Made by a program: the position numbers and the translations under genes. The notes beneath the pieces are model-generated. The model was not told the origin of the DNA and did no database searches. It worked only from the letters and a program-made list of their open reading frames with translations. Shown piece by piece: positions 50,457 through 59,924 of a stretch of DNA of 64,000 nucleotides. The DNA is from Candidatus Eiseniibacteriota bacterium. Its GTDB lineage: Bacteria; Eisenbacteria; RBG-16-71-46. The stretch's first letter is position 1, and each line of letters begins with the position of its first letter. The stretch covers positions 672,001-736,000 of the forward strand of contig CAVSAC010000012.1 of assembly GCA_963725865.1 (NCBI GenBank), given 5' to 3'.

Positions 50457-51753
50457 GTCCGGGCCGGGCCCCGCCGTGGTGGCGGCATCTCCGGCACGCA
50501 GGCCACTGTCGTCGATCGCCTACGTCACCACCACCTTCCCCACCTTTGCCTGGTTCCTGGAGAACGAGGTGCGCGGACTGCGTGCGCGGGGCCACCGCGT
50601 GCGAGTATTTGCCTTGCGCGAGGTGGGGAACCCAGTGCATCCCGAACACGTAGAGCTCGTGCCGATCACCACGGCCGTCGGCGCCCCGTTCGCGTGGCAG
50701 GCGTGGCTGGCGCTTGCCGGCTGGCTGCTGCGCCGGCCAGGCGTGCTCGTGTCCGGGGCCGCGCGGCTGTTGTGGGCGTCGCGGAGCAGTCCCTATGCGC
50801 TGGCCGGCCATCTCGGCTACCTGCCGGCCGCGGCACGCGTCGCCACGCTCGTCGAGCGTGAGAACCTCGACCTCGTGCACGGCGCCTGGGCCCACTTCCC
50901 GGCCAGCGTGGCCTATCTCGCCGCCCGGCTCACCGGCCGCAGGTTCAGCATGGCGGCCCACGCCGGGGCCGACTTGCACCGTACCCGGGCCTTCCTCCCC
51001 GAGAAGCTGCGGGCCGCCGACTTCGTCGCGGCGTGCGTGCGGGGCAATGCCGAGATGCTCCGTGGCCTCGCCGGTGCCGGCGCGCGCATCGAGTGCATCT
51101 ACCACGGCGTCGATCTCGAGCGATTTGACGGACGCGACCGGCAGCGCGACCTCGAGCCCATGATTCTCGGCGGTGGCCGCCTCGGGCCGGAGAAGGGATA
51201 CGATCTCGCGATTCGGGCGCTCTCGGACTTGGAGGGCCGAGGGCTGCGGGCGAAGCTGGTGCTGTTCGGAGATGGCCCGGAACGGTCGCGGCTGCAGTCG
51301 CTGGCGCGACGCCTGGGCCTCGAGGCGCGCGTCGTGTTCCGCGGCCAGATCGTCCAGCCCGAGCTCCTCGAGTTGCTGCGCCGAGCGTGGGTGATGGTCG
51401 CGCCCTGCCGCGTGCTCGCCAGCGGGCAACGCGACGGAATCCCAAACGTCCTGGTCGAGGCGCTGGCGATGGGCGTGCCGTGTGTGGGGACCAGGGTGGG
51501 AGGTATCGAGGAGGCCGTGATTCCGGGCGAGACCGGCGCGCTGTGCGCCCCGGACGATGTGCGCGGGCTTGCGGACGCGCTCGCGGAACTCCTCCGCAGC
51601 CCGGCGGACCTGGATCGCATGGGCGCGTTGGCGCGCGAGCGCGTCCGTCGGGACTTCGACGCGCGGCAGAACCTGGAACGGCTGCTGGCGTTGTTCGAGG
51701 AGCCACGTCCATCGTCGCCTTCGCGGCCCAACACTGCGCACGGGGAGCCATGA
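50449..51753 (+). CDS. Glycosyltransferase family 4 (WcaL-like)
   Basis: YV...FP...FL.NE, GRL..EKG, DGIPNVLVEALAMG.P.V.T.VGGI.E; overlaps asnB stop. Confidence 0.9.
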   Translation: MGESGPGPAVVAASPARRPLSSIAYVTTTFPTFAWFLENEVRGLRARGHRVRVFALREVGNPVHPEHVELVPITTAVGAPFAWQAWLALAGWLLRRPGVLVSGAARLLWASRSSPYALAGHLGYLPAAARVATLVERENLDLVHGAWAHFPASVAYLAARLTGRRFSMAAHAGADLHRTRAFLPEKLRAADFVAACVRGNAEMLRGLAGAGARIECIYHGVDLERFDGRDRQRDLEPMILGGGRLGPEKGYDLAIRALSDLEGRGLRAKLVLFGDGPERSRLQSLARRLGLEARVVFRGQIVQPELLELLRRAWVMVAPCRVLASGQRDGIPNVLVEALAMGVPCVGTRVGGIEEAVIPGETGALCAPDDVRGLADALAELLRSPADLDRMGALARERVRRDFDARQNLERLLALFEEPRPSSPSRPNTAHGEP

Positions 51754-52883
51754 GCCACGGCAGGCCCCTGCGCGTGATGCACGTGATGGAAGCCATGCAC
51801 CGCGGCGGAGCCGAATCCCTGGTGGTCGAGCACGTGCGGCATCGCGGTCCCGACGTGACGGCGCTCGTGACCACGCTGAATGGCGGCTCGCAGGCGCTCG
51901 ACGCCGCACGCGCGGCCGGCGCGGCAGTGTTCGATTTCGGCGCGACCAGCGGCGCCCGCGCTGCCCCGCGCGCCGCGCGGATTCCAAGGCTCGTGGCGCT
52001 GCTCCGGTCCGAGGGCGTGGATGTCGTCAACGCCCACAACCCGACCGCTGCTCTGTACGGGGTCCCCGCCGCGCGGCTTGCCGCCGTGCCGGTCGTCATC
52101 CGCACCGAGCACAGCATCCACGACCCCGGCCGGCACTCGTTGCTCTACCTCGGGCTCGAGCCGGTGCTGACGGCGTGGTGTGCGAGGGTCGTGTGCGTGT
52201 GCGAAGCCGTGCGCCACAGCCACGCGTCGCGTCTGCGCCGGTGGGAGCGGCGCTTCGTCACGGTTCCCAACGGAGTCTCGGAACTGCAGGGCCGTCGTTC
52301 CCGCAATGACGCAAGATCGGCACTCGGCCTCGATGAGCGGCAGCGGGTGGCGCTCCACGTCGGCAGCCTGACCCCGCAGAAGGCGCAGCACCTGCTGCTC
52401 GATGCCTTCGCGCTCGCCCGGCGGCGTCAGCCGGAGTCGCGGCTGCTGATCGTCGGCGAGGGTCCGCTGCGGGCCGAACTCGAGGCGCGTTCCCGCGCTC
52501 TGGGGCTTTCGGACTGCGTCCAGTTCTTGGGCGGACGCGACGACGTGGCGGATCTCATGGCGGCCGCCGACGTATTCGTCCTCTCTTCGGTGCGTGAGGG
52601 CCTCCCGGTGACCGTGCTCGAGGCAATGCGGGCCGGACTGCCGGTAGTGACCACCGATGCGGGCGGCACTGCCGAGGCGGTGCGCGACGGTGAGACAGGC
52701 ATCGTCGTGCGCGTGAACGACCGCGAGGCGCTGGCTTGTGCCATTGGCGTGCTCCTGGCCGATGCGCCCGGGGCGCAGAGCATGGGGGAGGCAGGACGGA
52801 GCCGCTGGTCGGAACGGTTCCGAGCCGAGCGGATGGTGCGGAAGACCGAGGAGCTTTACCGGTCGGTTCGCTGGACCCGATGA
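51750..52883 (+). CDS. Glycosyltransferase family 4
   Basis: ATG at 51750 overlaps the previous stop; GGAE, TEH, VPNGV, VG.L...K, DVFVLSS..EGLP..LEAM.AGLPVV. Confidence 0.9.
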   Translation: MSHGRPLRVMHVMEAMHRGGAESLVVEHVRHRGPDVTALVTTLNGGSQALDAARAAGAAVFDFGATSGARAAPRAARIPRLVALLRSEGVDVVNAHNPTAALYGVPAARLAAVPVVIRTEHSIHDPGRHSLLYLGLEPVLTAWCARVVCVCEAVRHSHASRLRRWERRFVTVPNGVSELQGRRSRNDARSALGLDERQRVALHVGSLTPQKAQHLLLDAFALARRRQPESRLLIVGEGPLRAELEARSRALGLSDCVQFLGGRDDVADLMAAADVFVLSSVREGLPVTVLEAMRAGLPVVTTDAGGTAEAVRDGETGIVVRVNDREALACAIGVLLADAPGAQSMGEAGRSRWSERFRAERMVRKTEELYRSVRWTR

Positions 52884-53252
52884 TCCCGCGGGGTTGCGCC
52901 GCGATCTCCGCCGTTCAGTCACGTGGGGGACTGGCTGCCCATGCTCCGACGTCCGATTCCTCGAGGCACCTTCGCCGGGTAGAATCTCGTTGCGCACCGA
53001 CGATGCTGTGCTGGCCAAGGCCGCGAGAATCGGCGGCGAGACCGACACGTGCGAGAATGGGCCGTCTGATACCAGTCTGGAACTGGTTGCCCTGCGGGGA
53101 TTGCGGCGGCATCAGGCACACGAGCAGGTACAATCGACCCTTCGATCGCATGCGCTCAGGGCGAATCCAAGCGGAATGGCCGAAATTCGAGGCCCGGCAC
53201 GCTCCGTAGCGCGAGCTATCCGCCTGCGCTAGCCTGCTGCTCGGTAAACCGT

Positions 53253-53328
53253 GACCCGTTAGCTCAGTCGGTAGAGCACCTGCCTTTTAAGCAGGGTGTC
53301 GCTGGTTCGATCCCAGCACGGGTCACCA
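53253..53328 (+). tRNA. tRNA-Lys (anticodon TTT)
   Basis: Cloverleaf: GACCCGT/ACGGGTC acceptor, GCTC/GAGC D-arm, CCTGC-CTTTTAA-GCAGG anticodon arm, GCTGG-TTCGATC-CCAGC T-arm, ACCA end. Confidence 0.97.
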
Positions 53329-53655
53329 TTCCCGAATCCCCATGCCGGCGAAGACATCTGCAGGGGCGGCCGGACCGGCCGTGATTGCAGCCTGCTTCGT
53401 CCCCCTTGGTCCCCCCAGCGCCCATGCGCCGGCCTCCCCGGCGGTGGTCGCGGAGCGCACACTGGGGAATCCGGCCCAGCCGAGAAAGATTCGTTCGTGT
53501 CACATTCGTGTAAAACTCCTGTGGACTGCACGCATCTATTGCCGATGGAGTGTGCGGATGCACCGAGCCACCTCAGGGCCCCCCAGGACCCCAGCGTCGC
53601 AGGACCCCAGACCGAGGTCGCACCAGTTCCCCAGGCCAGACATCGGAGAGAGGCT

Positions 53656-53910
53656 GTGGATTGTCAGGACGTACTCGACCAACTCGCTGACTACCTCGAC
53701 GACGACGCGCGCTCGGAGTTGTGCCGTCAGATCGAGGAGCACCTGGCGCGTTGCCGCAACTGCCAGGTGGAGGTGGACACGGTGAAGAAGACGATCGTGC
53801 TCTATCAGGCTGGAAGTCGTGTCGAAGTGCCGGTGCGCGTGAGCGCGGAGCTGCAGGCCGCGTTGTCGCGCGAGTACGGGCAAGGCAAGCCGCGTAGCGC
53901 GTCGGATTGA
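53656..53910 (+). CDS. Small zf-HC2 anti-sigma-factor-like zinc-finger protein
   Basis: GAGAGG plus GTG; C....L..YLD......IEEHLARC..C (HxxxCxxC) motif. Confidence 0.8.
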   Translation: MDCQDVLDQLADYLDDDARSELCRQIEEHLARCRNCQVEVDTVKKTIVLYQAGSRVEVPVRVSAELQAALSREYGQGKPRSASD

Positions 53911-54016
53911 CACTCGCGCGAAGCCGCGCCTAGACTGCCGCGCCTCCTGAGCGAGGCTCCCGGGCCCGCGGGATGACTCCCGCGGGCCGTCGCATGTCCC
54001 CCAGACCGCGAGAGCC

Positions 54017-55072
54017 ATGAAGCGCGTCGGCATCCTCGGACTCCCACAGTCCGGCAAGACCACGCTGTTCGAGATCCTCATGCAGGGTGCCGGCGCGAGT
54101 GGCGCCACCGCGCCCGGCCGCGAGCAGGTGGGCGTGGTCAAGGTGCCGGATCCGCGCGTGGACCAGCTCTCCGCCCTCTTCAGCCCCAAGAAGACCACCT
54201 ACGCGCAGATCCAGTTCGTGGACAGCGCCGCGGCCGGCCACGCCAGCGCACGCGTCGCCGCCAAGGGGCCCGACCTGTTCTCGTCGGTGCGGAACTGCGA
54301 CGCCCTGCTGGTGGTGATCCGCGACTTCGAGAACGCCGCGGTGCCGCGCGAGGGCGGTGTGAATGCCGAACGCGACCGCCGCGACCTCGAGGCCGAGCTG
54401 GTGCTCAACGACCTGGCGATCGTCGAGAATCGCCTCGAGAAGGTCGCCAAGGAGCTGCGCATCGGCAAGAAGCAGGGCGAGGCCGAGCACGCGCTGCTCG
54501 AGCGCTGCAAGACCTGGCTCGAGGCCGAGCGACCGCTGCGGACGTTCGAGCACGGCGCCGAGGACGCGAAGGTACTGCGCGGCTTCCAGCTTCTGACACT
54601 GAAGCCGCTGCTGGTGGTGTACAACCAGGACGACGCGTCGACGCACGTGCCACCGGAGGCCGGGCCGGGCTCGCTCGCGATCGCGCTGCGTGCGCATCTC
54701 GAACGGGAGATCGTGTCGCTGGCGCCCGAGGAGCGCGCCGCGTTCCGCGCCGAGCTGGGGATCGCCGAGGACGGCCTCTCCATCGTGATCCAGGCCTGCT
54801 ACCTCCTGCTCGGGCTGCAGTCGTTCTTCACCGTCGGCCCCGACGAGGTGCGGGCGTGGACGATCCGGCGCGGGGATTCGGCGGTGGACGCCGCCGGCGA
54901 GATCCACACCGATCTGGCCAAGGGATTCATCCGCGCCGAGGTGGTACCGTTCGACCGGCTGCTGGAGCACGGCTCGCACGCCAGGGCCCGCGAGAAGGGG
55001 CTCGTCCGACTCGAGGGCCGCGACTACGTGGTTGCCGACGGGGACTGCGTGGAGATCCGGTTCAACAAGTAG
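54017..55072 (+). CDS. ychF: YchF/Obg-family P-loop NTPase with TGS (DUF933) C-terminus
   Basis: GLPQSGKTT, VKVPD.R...L..PKK, LLTLKP, FFTVGPDEVRAW, AAG.IHTD..KGFIRAEV, EG.DYVV.DGD...RFN. Confidence 0.88.
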   Translation: MKRVGILGLPQSGKTTLFEILMQGAGASGATAPGREQVGVVKVPDPRVDQLSALFSPKKTTYAQIQFVDSAAAGHASARVAAKGPDLFSSVRNCDALLVVIRDFENAAVPREGGVNAERDRRDLEAELVLNDLAIVENRLEKVAKELRIGKKQGEAEHALLERCKTWLEAERPLRTFEHGAEDAKVLRGFQLLTLKPLLVVYNQDDASTHVPPEAGPGSLAIALRAHLEREIVSLAPEERAAFRAELGIAEDGLSIVIQACYLLLGLQSFFTVGPDEVRAWTIRRGDSAVDAAGEIHTDLAKGFIRAEVVPFDRLLEHGSHARAREKGLVRLEGRDYVVADGDCVEIRFNK

Positions 55073-55114
55073 TCCCGCGGGCGCCACTTCAGGTCCGCGC
55101 CGGAAAGGAACGCC

Positions 55115-55696
55115 ATGACGCATCGCACGCTCGCCCGCATGGCCGCCGCGCTCATGGGAATGCTCGTCGCCCTGCCCTTGACGGCGCAGGCCGCCGGCCT
55201 GGCCGACTGGAACGGCCACCTCGCGTTCGGATACTCGAAGCTGTTCCGCGACGGCGCCCCGGCGGGCTCGCTCTCGATGGGCGCGGGGCTGGACCACGCG
55301 CTCGTGCCGCACTGGCGCGCGGGTGCCGCGATCGGCTACCACCTCCTCGGCTCCGGCGACTTCCGCCGCGGCAGCCTGGCGGCCGGCGTCGACTACAGCC
55401 TGCTCGACGCGGCCCTGCTGGTGAGTCGCGACCTTGACGGCCGCCTCGGGCGACTGCGCCTGTCGGCCGGACCGGGGCTCATGAGCTGCCACGCCGAACT
55501 GTCGACTTCCGGGGGCGGGCTCGCGTTCACGGACCTCGCCGTGAGCAAGACCGCGGCGGGCGCGGCGTTCGAGGCCAGCTGGATCCGCGGTCGCACGCGC
55601 CCGGTGGGAGTGGGGCTCGAGAGCGGCGTGCGGCTCGGCTTCGTGCCGAACGACACCTGGACGGTGTGGCACACGCGGGTGGCCATCTACTACTGA
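55115..55696 (+). CDS. Probable small outer-membrane beta-barrel protein
   Basis: Signal peptide, alternating amphipathic strands, terminal aromatic residue (VAIYY). Confidence 0.55.
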   Translation: MTHRTLARMAAALMGMLVALPLTAQAAGLADWNGHLAFGYSKLFRDGAPAGSLSMGAGLDHALVPHWRAGAAIGYHLLGSGDFRRGSLAAGVDYSLLDAALLVSRDLDGRLGRLRLSAGPGLMSCHAELSTSGGGLAFTDLAVSKTAAGAAFEASWIRGRTRPVGVGLESGVRLGFVPNDTWTVWHTRVAIYY

Positions 55697-55817
55697 TCGA
55701 TCACCAATTGAAAGATGCCGGCGATCACGGTAAAGTCACCTCACGTGTCTCTGGTTACCTGACGGAACGGGCCGCCCCCTGTCCATTCTACGAGACCGGG
55801 TCCGAAAGGAGCGCACC

Positions 55818-56828
55818 ATGCATCGAGCCTGGATGCAGGTCCTTGGCATCATCCTGGGTTGCTGTGCCTTCGCTTCGACTGCCGTGGGCTCGCCGCCCAC
55901 CTACATAATCGACTGGGGCAGCCTGGGTTCGGGACCCGGGCAGTTCTCCAATCCCTTCGGGATCGCGCTTGATCCCACGGGCGACGTCTACGTCACCGAT
56001 GAGACGAACTGCCGCGTGCAGAAGTTCACGAAGGACGGAACGATCCTGCTCCAATGGGGGACGTTTGGTGCTGCGGCCGGGCAGTTCGACCATCCGACCG
56101 GAATCGCGGTGTCCCCGAATGGAGAGGTGCTGGTCGTCGATCATCGCAACCACCGCGTGCAGCGATTCACGCAGGCGGGCGGATTCATCGGGGAGTTCGG
56201 TTACGGAGTCGATCCGTACATCGTCCCGCCCTACTACCCGCCGGGTCCCGCGGGATCGTTCTTCTACCCGGTGGGAGTCGCCTGTGATGCCGCGGGCAAC
56301 ATCTACGTCGCCGATTCCGAGAACTACCGGATCCAGAAGTTCACGCCGAGCGGCTCGTTCCTGGCCCAGTTCGGAACCCAGGGCACCGCGCCGGGGCAGC
56401 TCCGCGAACCCTACGGCGTCACGCTCGACGGGTCGGGGAACATCTTCGTGAGCGAGTACGGTGGTCATCGTGTTCAGGTGTTCTCGCCGACCTTCGTGTC
56501 GTTCCTGAACTGGGGGACGTTCGGTGGAGCACCCGGTCAGTTCTATTCCCCCGAGTGCGTCGCGTTCGGTCCCTCGGGCACGCTGTACGTCGCCGACACC
56601 GGAAACAACCGCATCCAGCAGTTCACGCTCGGTGGCTCGTTCCTCGAACAGTGGGGAACCCTGGGGTCGGGGATCGGACAGTTCTACACGCCGAGCGGGA
56701 TCGCCACCGACAACTCGGGGAATGTCTACGTGGTGGAGTGGAACAACCACCGCGTCCAGAAGTTCGGCACCCCGCCGACGCCGGTCACGCGCGCCACGTG
56801 GGGTGAGGTGAAGAGCCGCTATCGCTGA
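55818..56828 (+). CDS. Secreted NHL-repeat six-bladed beta-propeller protein with C-terminal TWG-K-YR motif
   Basis: Six G.F..P.GIA.D..G.VYV.D..N.R.Q.F repeats; ends PPTPVTRATWGEVKSRYR. Confidence 0.9.
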   Translation: MHRAWMQVLGIILGCCAFASTAVGSPPTYIIDWGSLGSGPGQFSNPFGIALDPTGDVYVTDETNCRVQKFTKDGTILLQWGTFGAAAGQFDHPTGIAVSPNGEVLVVDHRNHRVQRFTQAGGFIGEFGYGVDPYIVPPYYPPGPAGSFFYPVGVACDAAGNIYVADSENYRIQKFTPSGSFLAQFGTQGTAPGQLREPYGVTLDGSGNIFVSEYGGHRVQVFSPTFVSFLNWGTFGGAPGQFYSPECVAFGPSGTLYVADTGNNRIQQFTLGGSFLEQWGTLGSGIGQFYTPSGIATDNSGNVYVVEWNNHRVQKFGTPPTPVTRATWGEVKSRYR

Positions 56829-56857
56829 TCGCCCGCAAGCCCGGCGGCAGACCTGAT

Positions 56858-56887
56858 GCGACCCCGCGCCTCGATGGGCGGGGTCGC
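56858..56887. terminator. Hairpin between convergent genes
   Basis: gcgaccccgc...gcggggtcgc 10-bp stem. Confidence 0.5.
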
Positions 56888-56941
56888 TTCGATTGGACAC
56901 GCCGACGGGATGGCGCGGGAGGGCTGGCTGAGCGCGCCTGT

Positions 56942-57967
56942 TCAGCGTGCGACGCGCCACCCGGCGGACGCGGCGCGCGCCAGCTCCCAGGCGCGCTCGA
57001 TCGGGCCCCGCGGGGCGTCGACCTGGAAGTAGTGCTGCAGCGTCCCGCCCAGCTCGCTCTTGAAGCGCGCGACGCGCGGCAGATCGGCGCCGCACAGGTC
57101 CCAGAAGCGATGGCCGCGTCGTCCGCACTCGGCCGCGATCTCTACCATGATCCACGCGCTCACGCCCGAGACGAGATGCTGCTCGGCGGCTCCCGCCACC
57201 CACATGTATGCGCCCGGGGTCCCGGGCACCGCCAGCACGATCTGGCTCGCCGCGGGTGCACCCTCGGCGGTGAGCGCGGTCGCCATCCACGCGAGGCCCC
57301 CGCGTGCGAGCGACTCCGCGAGCCCCTTGAACGCGGCCGGCGCGAGCCGGAGGCCGAATCCCTGGCGCTGGCGGGTCACGTCGAACACCGACCAGAAGCG
57401 CTCGAGGTCCCAGTCGTACGACATCGTGAATCCCGCCTCGCGGCATTTGCGCAGGTGACGGCGTACCGAATCGCTGACGGGAAGAGGAGCGCCGGTGTCG
57501 AGGAGGTAGGTGTAGCGGGGTTGGGTGCGCCAGCCACGCCACGACCACGGACGCACGTCGTCGATGGCCGGCACCAGCAGATGCGAGAGCCCGCGCGGGT
57601 GGCCGCGGAACTCCCCGAGCATCGCGTCCGTGACCTCGAGGTGCTCCGAGGTCGCGCGCGCTCCCGAGCCGGTCGGCGGGCGGTAGATCCAGGAACTGTA
57701 GGCCGCGAGCGGCAGGCCGAAATGGAATGGCTGTCCCAGCCGCCTCCGGTGCACCAGCGGAACTCCCGCGACCCATTCGTCGCCCTTGGTGGCTACGCGA
57801 AGTTCGAGCGCGGCGCCGGTGGCGGCGCACGCCGGCTGCAGCCACCCGCTCGTCGCGAAGGGGTTGGCCTGCGGCGAGTGGCGCACGAACGCGTCCCAGC
57901 GCGCCAGGTCGCCGTCACCCTCGAGGCACCGGATCGCGTACTTCGGCGCGGCCGCGGGCTCGTTCAT
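56942..57967 (-). CDS. GNAT-fold protein, FemAB-like (glycan or envelope acyl/aminoacyl transferase)
   Basis: WDAFV...Q..PF....W, YTYLLD, RRHLRK, ..G..FWDL.GA..P.VA.FK..LGG pattern. Confidence 0.75.
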   Translation of the reverse strand: MNEPAAAPKYAIRCLEGDGDLARWDAFVRHSPQANPFATSGWLQPACAATGAALELRVATKGDEWVAGVPLVHRRRLGQPFHFGLPLAAYSSWIYRPPTGSGARATSEHLEVTDAMLGEFRGHPRGLSHLLVPAIDDVRPWSWRGWRTQPRYTYLLDTGAPLPVSDSVRRHLRKCREAGFTMSYDWDLERFWSVFDVTRQRQGFGLRLAPAAFKGLAESLARGGLAWMATALTAEGAPAASQIVLAVPGTPGAYMWVAGAAEQHLVSGVSAWIMVEIAAECGRRGHRFWDLCGADLPRVARFKSELGGTLQHYFQVDAPRGPIERAWELARAASAGWRVAR

Positions 57968-58608
57968 GGTGCGGAGGGTGCGGGCGCGGCGACCAGCCGA
58001 GTCTCGCGCTGCGTGCCGACGCCAAAGCGGACCTGAATCGCGTAGCGACCGGACTCCACGAAGCCCGCCTTCTCGATGCCCCGGCGGGACGCGTGGTTGC
58101 CGAGGTCGGTGGAGATGAGGACCGCATGTGCGCCGGCGTGGCGCGCCGCGGCCGCGGCGGTCGCCAGCACAGCCGGGTAGATGCCCATCCCGCGCGCCGT
58201 CGCGACCGTCTCACAATAGTGAATGTAGTCGTCGCCCGGGCCCAGCACCAGGCGACCCCACGCGAGCCACAGGGGCACCACCAGCGGGCCGCGGCGCACC
58301 CACGAGCGATGAACCATCCGGCCATCGACATAGGCGTACCAGCCGACGTCCCCGCGCTCCAGGAAGCGACGGAACTCCTCCACGCGCTCCGGGGGCTCCA
58401 TCGCGGACGCGTCGCCGACGTTGCGGGCATCGACCCGGCGGATCTCCGCCACAGTCGCGGGCGTCGTGACGTGTTCGAGCCGGTAGACGACCACCTCGAC
58501 GTCGCGGAACGTGGCGAGCCGGGACCAAGCGGAGATCAGACGCCGGAACGATGGCAGGGACGGGCTCATGGGCGGCCGCAGTGTAGCGGCGGCGCTGCTC
58601 GCTGTCAT
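57964..58608 (-). CDS. GNAT family N-acetyltransferase
   Basis: T...ARGMGI acetyl-CoA motif, N.ASRR.IEKAGF; start may be 58569. Confidence 0.8.
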   Translation of the reverse strand: MTASSAAATLRPPMSPSLPSFRRLISAWSRLATFRDVEVVVYRLEHVTTPATVAEIRRVDARNVGDASAMEPPERVEEFRRFLERGDVGWYAYVDGRMVHRSWVRRGPLVVPLWLAWGRLVLGPGDDYIHYCETVATARGMGIYPAVLATAAAAARHAGAHAVLISTDLGNHASRRGIEKAGFVESGRYAIQVRFGVGTQRETRLVAAPAPSAP

Positions 58609-58670
58609 GCCCCCGGCGCGGCGCCGCGAAACGTGACAGCACTTGGCCCGGCGGTTATCCTCACCCGTCC

Positions 58671-59924
58671 ATGAACGTGCTCATCGTCCCGTCGTGGTAC
58701 CCGCACCGGTGTTTCCCGCGCGAAGGGATCTACGTCCGCGACCAGGCGATGATGCTCGGGGAGATGCGCCCGGATTGGCGCATCGGTCTGGCGCTCTGGC
58801 ACCAGGGACGCAACTTCGTCTCGCCATCCCACGCCCGACACTCCCCGCGCTGCCTGCTGGAGGCGCTGACCGATCACGCGATCCGCGAGGAGCCACTGCG
58901 CGAGAACGTGTGCGCGTGGACCATTCCGGCGCTGCAGTTCCCGGAGCGCGTGCTCGCGGGCAACCGGATGGCGGTGCTAGCCTCGGTGCGCGAGGCCGCC
59001 CGCCGGATGGCAGCGCGATTCGGCCCGCCCGACCTGCTGCATGCTCACGTCAGCTACCCGGGAGGCTGGGCGGCCGTGCGGGTGGCGCGCGAGCGCGGCG
59101 TGAAGGCGATCATCACCGAGCACATGGGGCCGTTCCCGGTGCTGGTTTACCAGCGCCGAGACGGCACGCTCGCGGACTTCATCCGTGACCCACTGCTCGC
59201 GGCCGATGGCCGCATCGCAGTGAGCCCGGCGCTCGCGGGGGCCATCGCGGCGCACGGCATCCCGCGACCGCTCGTGGTCCCGAACGTGGTCGACGAGCGC
59301 CTCTACGACGCCGGGCAGAGCGGCGACCCGGCCTACTTCACGTTCTACACTGTGTGCCAGATGGTCCGATCGAAGGGCATCCTCGACCTACTCGAGGCCG
59401 CGGCGCTGTTCCTCGCCACGCTGCCGCCGGCGGAGCGCACGCGCATCCGCTTCCGGCTCGCCGGCAAGGGGCCCGACCTCGGGCGGTTCCAGGCTGCCGC
59501 GGAGCGGCTCAGGATCGCGCCGCACCTGACCTGGATCGAGAAGTACATCGAGCGCGAGGAGTCGAACGAGGAGTTCGCGCGCTGCGACGCCTTCGTGCTG
59601 CCGAGCCATCACGAGTCGTTCGGCATCGTGTTCGTGGAGGCGATGGCGTGCGGCAAGCCCTCGATCGGGACGCGCTGCGGCGGCCCCGAGTCCATCCTCA
59701 CGCCCGAGACCGGGGTACTGCTGCCGGTCGGCGACGTGCCGGCGCTGGCCGACGCGCTGGGGCGCATGGTGCGCCACGCCGCGCACGTCGACCGCGCGCG
59801 CATCCGCGCCGAGTTCGAGCGCCGCTTCAGTCGCGCGGCGGTGAGCACGGCCCTCGAGGTCGTGTATCGCGAAGTGCTCGAACCGCGACCGCCGTCGACC
59901 GCCGCCGCGGGAGTCGCACCATGA
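58671..59924 (+). CDS. Glycosyltransferase family 4
   Basis: PSWYP, HAH, ITEH, IAVS, VPN, KG, FVLPS..ESFG.V..EAMACGKP.I.T.CGGPE. Confidence 0.9.
   Translation: MNVLIVPSWYPHRCFPREGIYVRDQAMMLGEMRPDWRIGLALWHQGRNFVSPSHARHSPRCLLEALTDHAIREEPLRENVCAWTIPALQFPERVLAGNRMAVLASVREAARRMAARFGPPDLLHAHVSYPGGWAAVRVARERGVKAIITEHMGPFPVLVYQRRDGTLADFIRDPLLAADGRIAVSPALAGAIAAHGIPRPLVVPNVVDERLYDAGQSGDPAYFTFYTVCQMVRSKGILDLLEAAALFLATLPPAERTRIRFRLAGKGPDLGRFQAAAERLRIAPHLTWIEKYIEREESNEEFARCDAFVLPSHHESFGIVFVEAMACGKPSIGTRCGGPESILTPETGVLLPVGDVPALADALGRMVRHAAHVDRARIRAEFERRFSRAAVSTALEVVYREVLEPRPPSTAAAGVAP

Noticed and set aside
48110..53250. Autonomous mobile element or prophage
   Set aside because: No integrase, transposase or phage genes; only the att-like repeat is supportable.
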